Source: an uncultured Phycisphaeraceae bacterium (GTDB lineage Bacteria > Planctomycetota > Phycisphaerae > Phycisphaerales > Phycisphaeraceae). Taken from it: a DNA stretch of 64,000 nucleotides. Made by a program: the position numbers and the translations under genes. The notes beneath the pieces were generated by a model. The model made no database searches. It was not told where the DNA came from and was given only the letters and a program-made list of their open reading frames with translations. The stretch lies in assembly GCA_964518335.1 (NCBI GenBank), contig CAZFDT010000001.1, positions 13,391 to 77,390 of the forward strand, written 5' to 3'. Positions 62,826 through 64,000 of the stretch are shown here, piece after piece (within the stretch, counting starts at the first letter, position 1; each line of letters starts with the position of its first letter).

Positions 62826-63743
62826 TCAGGCCAGGGCGTGCTCGAGCCCCTCGCGATAGGACGCAAAACGCGGGCGCCACCCCGTGCGGGCGCACGTTGG
62901 GCCGTTGTCGCACCGCTTGTTGGCTGACTGGCGCAGGCGTCGGATGTCGAGTCCGAATGTCGCCGCCGCCGTCGCGTCGTCGAGCACGATGGGCTCGGGC
63001 GCGCCGATCATCGCCGCCAGGCGGCGGTAATAGTCGATGCGGGGCGACGGATGGTCGTCGCAGCCCAGCTCGATGCGGCCCGCCTGCGGCGAGGAGATCA
63101 CGTCATAGAGCAGGTCGGCGGCGTCGTCGACGTGGATGAGATTGAGCCACGCCTGCGGATCGCCCACGAGCGGCGCGGCCTGGAGGAGCATGTCGCGTCC
63201 GATGACGCGGCCGGGGCCGTAGAGTCCCGCCAGGCGCACGACGTGATACGCGGGGCCGGCGTCGAGCCAGAGTTGCTCGCCCTGGGCCAGCAGTTGCGCG
63301 CGTTCGTGTGTGGGTGCGGCGGCGGTGTCGGCGGTGACGGCGTCGTTGCCGGCTTGGCCGTACACCGCGGTCGAGGAGGTGAGGATCGCCTTGCGCACGT
63401 GGGCACGACGCAGGGCCTTGACCATGTGCGCGATGCCGCCGAGGATCACCTGTCGCGGCGTCGGGCCCGCATCGCTCCGACCCGGCGGCACCAGGTAATA
63501 CACGTCCAAGGACGCCGACTCCAGCGCCGGCCGCAGCGAGGCGTACGTCACCGGCTGCGTCACCTGCAGCAGCATCGGGCGCACCCCCATGGCAAACAAC
63601 CGCTCGGCGTGCTGCGTCGAGCGTGTCGTGCCGTACACCCGCACGCCCTCGTCGATCAACTCGCGCGCCAGGACACGGCCCAGGTAGCCGCAGCCCACAA
63701 TCAACGCGGTGTCAGCAGGCGAAGCGATCGTCATGTCCCCCAT
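62826..63743 (-). CDS. NAD(P)-dependent epimerase/dehydratase-type SDR protein
   Basis: N-terminal Rossmann motif IVGCGYLGRVLARELIDEGVRVYGTTRS, 305 aa. Confidence 0.75.
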   Translation of the reverse strand: MGDMTIASPADTALIVGCGYLGRVLARELIDEGVRVYGTTRSTQHAERLFAMGVRPMLLQVTQPVTYASLRPALESASLDVYYLVPPGRSDAGPTPRQVILGGIAHMVKALRRAHVRKAILTSSTAVYGQAGNDAVTADTAAAPTHERAQLLAQGEQLWLDAGPAYHVVRLAGLYGPGRVIGRDMLLQAAPLVGDPQAWLNLIHVDDAADLLYDVISSPQAGRIELGCDDHPSPRIDYYRRLAAMIGAPEPIVLDDATAAATFGLDIRRLRQSANKRCDNGPTCARTGWRPRFASYREGLEHALA

Positions 63744-63750
63744 GGTAAGG

Positions 63751-64000
63751 TCAATTCAGCCCAAGCCCATCGTCGGTCCGCGGCGGCAGGTTCACCTCCT
63801 GCTCCACCAGCCGCTGGCGTTGACGACGCAGCATTTTGACCAGCCATCGCGCCCTTGCCGCCACATCCGGCTCGGCGAGCATGGCGTAGCGGCATTCCCG
63901 GTCACTGCAGCACGTAAGAATCACGAGGTCGATCATCACCACCGTGGGAATCTCCTTGCTCAGCCAGTTCTGCACTGCGCTGACGCTTTCGAGCTGTGTC
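63751..64000 (-). CDS. C-terminal part of a LON substrate-binding-domain-like protein (5' end beyond the window)
   Basis: The frame stays open from 63751 to the window end, and the GTG at 63975 is probably internal. The tail ...RECRYAMLAEPDVAARARWLVKMLRRQRQRL resembles the end of LON N-terminal-domain proteins. Tentative. Confidence 0.4.
   Translation of the reverse strand, partial: TQLESVSAVQNWLSKEIPTVVMIDLVILTCCSDRECRYAMLAEPDVAARARWLVKMLRRQRQRLVEQEVNLPPRTDDGLGLN

Noticed and set aside
1-64000. CRISPR arrays, rRNA genes, transposases, integrases, prophage genes or known defence-system genes
   Set aside because: I read both strands for regularly spaced short repeats, recombinase or transposase motifs and typical defence ATPase or nuclease architectures. 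I found none. The only long repeat is the 623-bp intragenic duplication in the DUF4838 pair.

Overview
GC-rich bacterial chromosomal segment. Its gene content points to Planctomycetota, possibly Phycisphaerae (inference only): three DUF1559-type prepilin-like proteins, four secreted proteins with PEP-CTERM tails, and many orphan secreted glycoside-hydrolase-like ORFs. From position 1 to about 36 kb there is a dense carbohydrate-utilisation supercluster. It holds two GH42-like beta-galactosidases, two tandem DUF4838 paralogs that share a 623-bp perfectly identical block, a DUF2961/GH172 protein, a BNR-4-like/PA14 protein, and a fusion of an FGE-like domain to a heparinase II/III-like lyase. It also holds two esterases (SASA-type and SGNH), a 2-hydroxyacid dehydrogenase, an SSS transporter, an amidohydrolase-Rieske pair, ROK and LacI regulators, and several large secreted proteins with no recognisable family. 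Many of these genes are translationally coupled through ATGA/GTGA/TGATG overlaps. A tRNA-Ser(GGA) at 36354-36440 marks the boundary. The right-hand 28 kb mixes housekeeping genes (truB, tatC, queA, HAD phosphatase, apt, trpF, pcrA/uvrD) with accessory genes. These include a compact PilT / GspF-PilC / three-pseudopilin operon with a giant GspK/PilX-like protein carrying an EF-hand pair. There is also a zinc-ribbon metallopeptidase-like protein, a fibro-slime protein, a PEP-CTERM subtilase, an orphan fused siroheme-decarboxylase-like protein and a HydABC-type [FeFe]-hydrogenase operon. I saw no rRNA, CRISPR array, transposase, integrase or recognisable defence system. The most novel-looking signal is the repeated tight coupling of prepilin-like DUF1559 genes and PEP-CTERM proteins to glycan-degrading genes and regulators, with an incomplete pseudopilus machinery in the same window. 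All family assignments come from motif recognition by eye and need HMM or structure confirmation.
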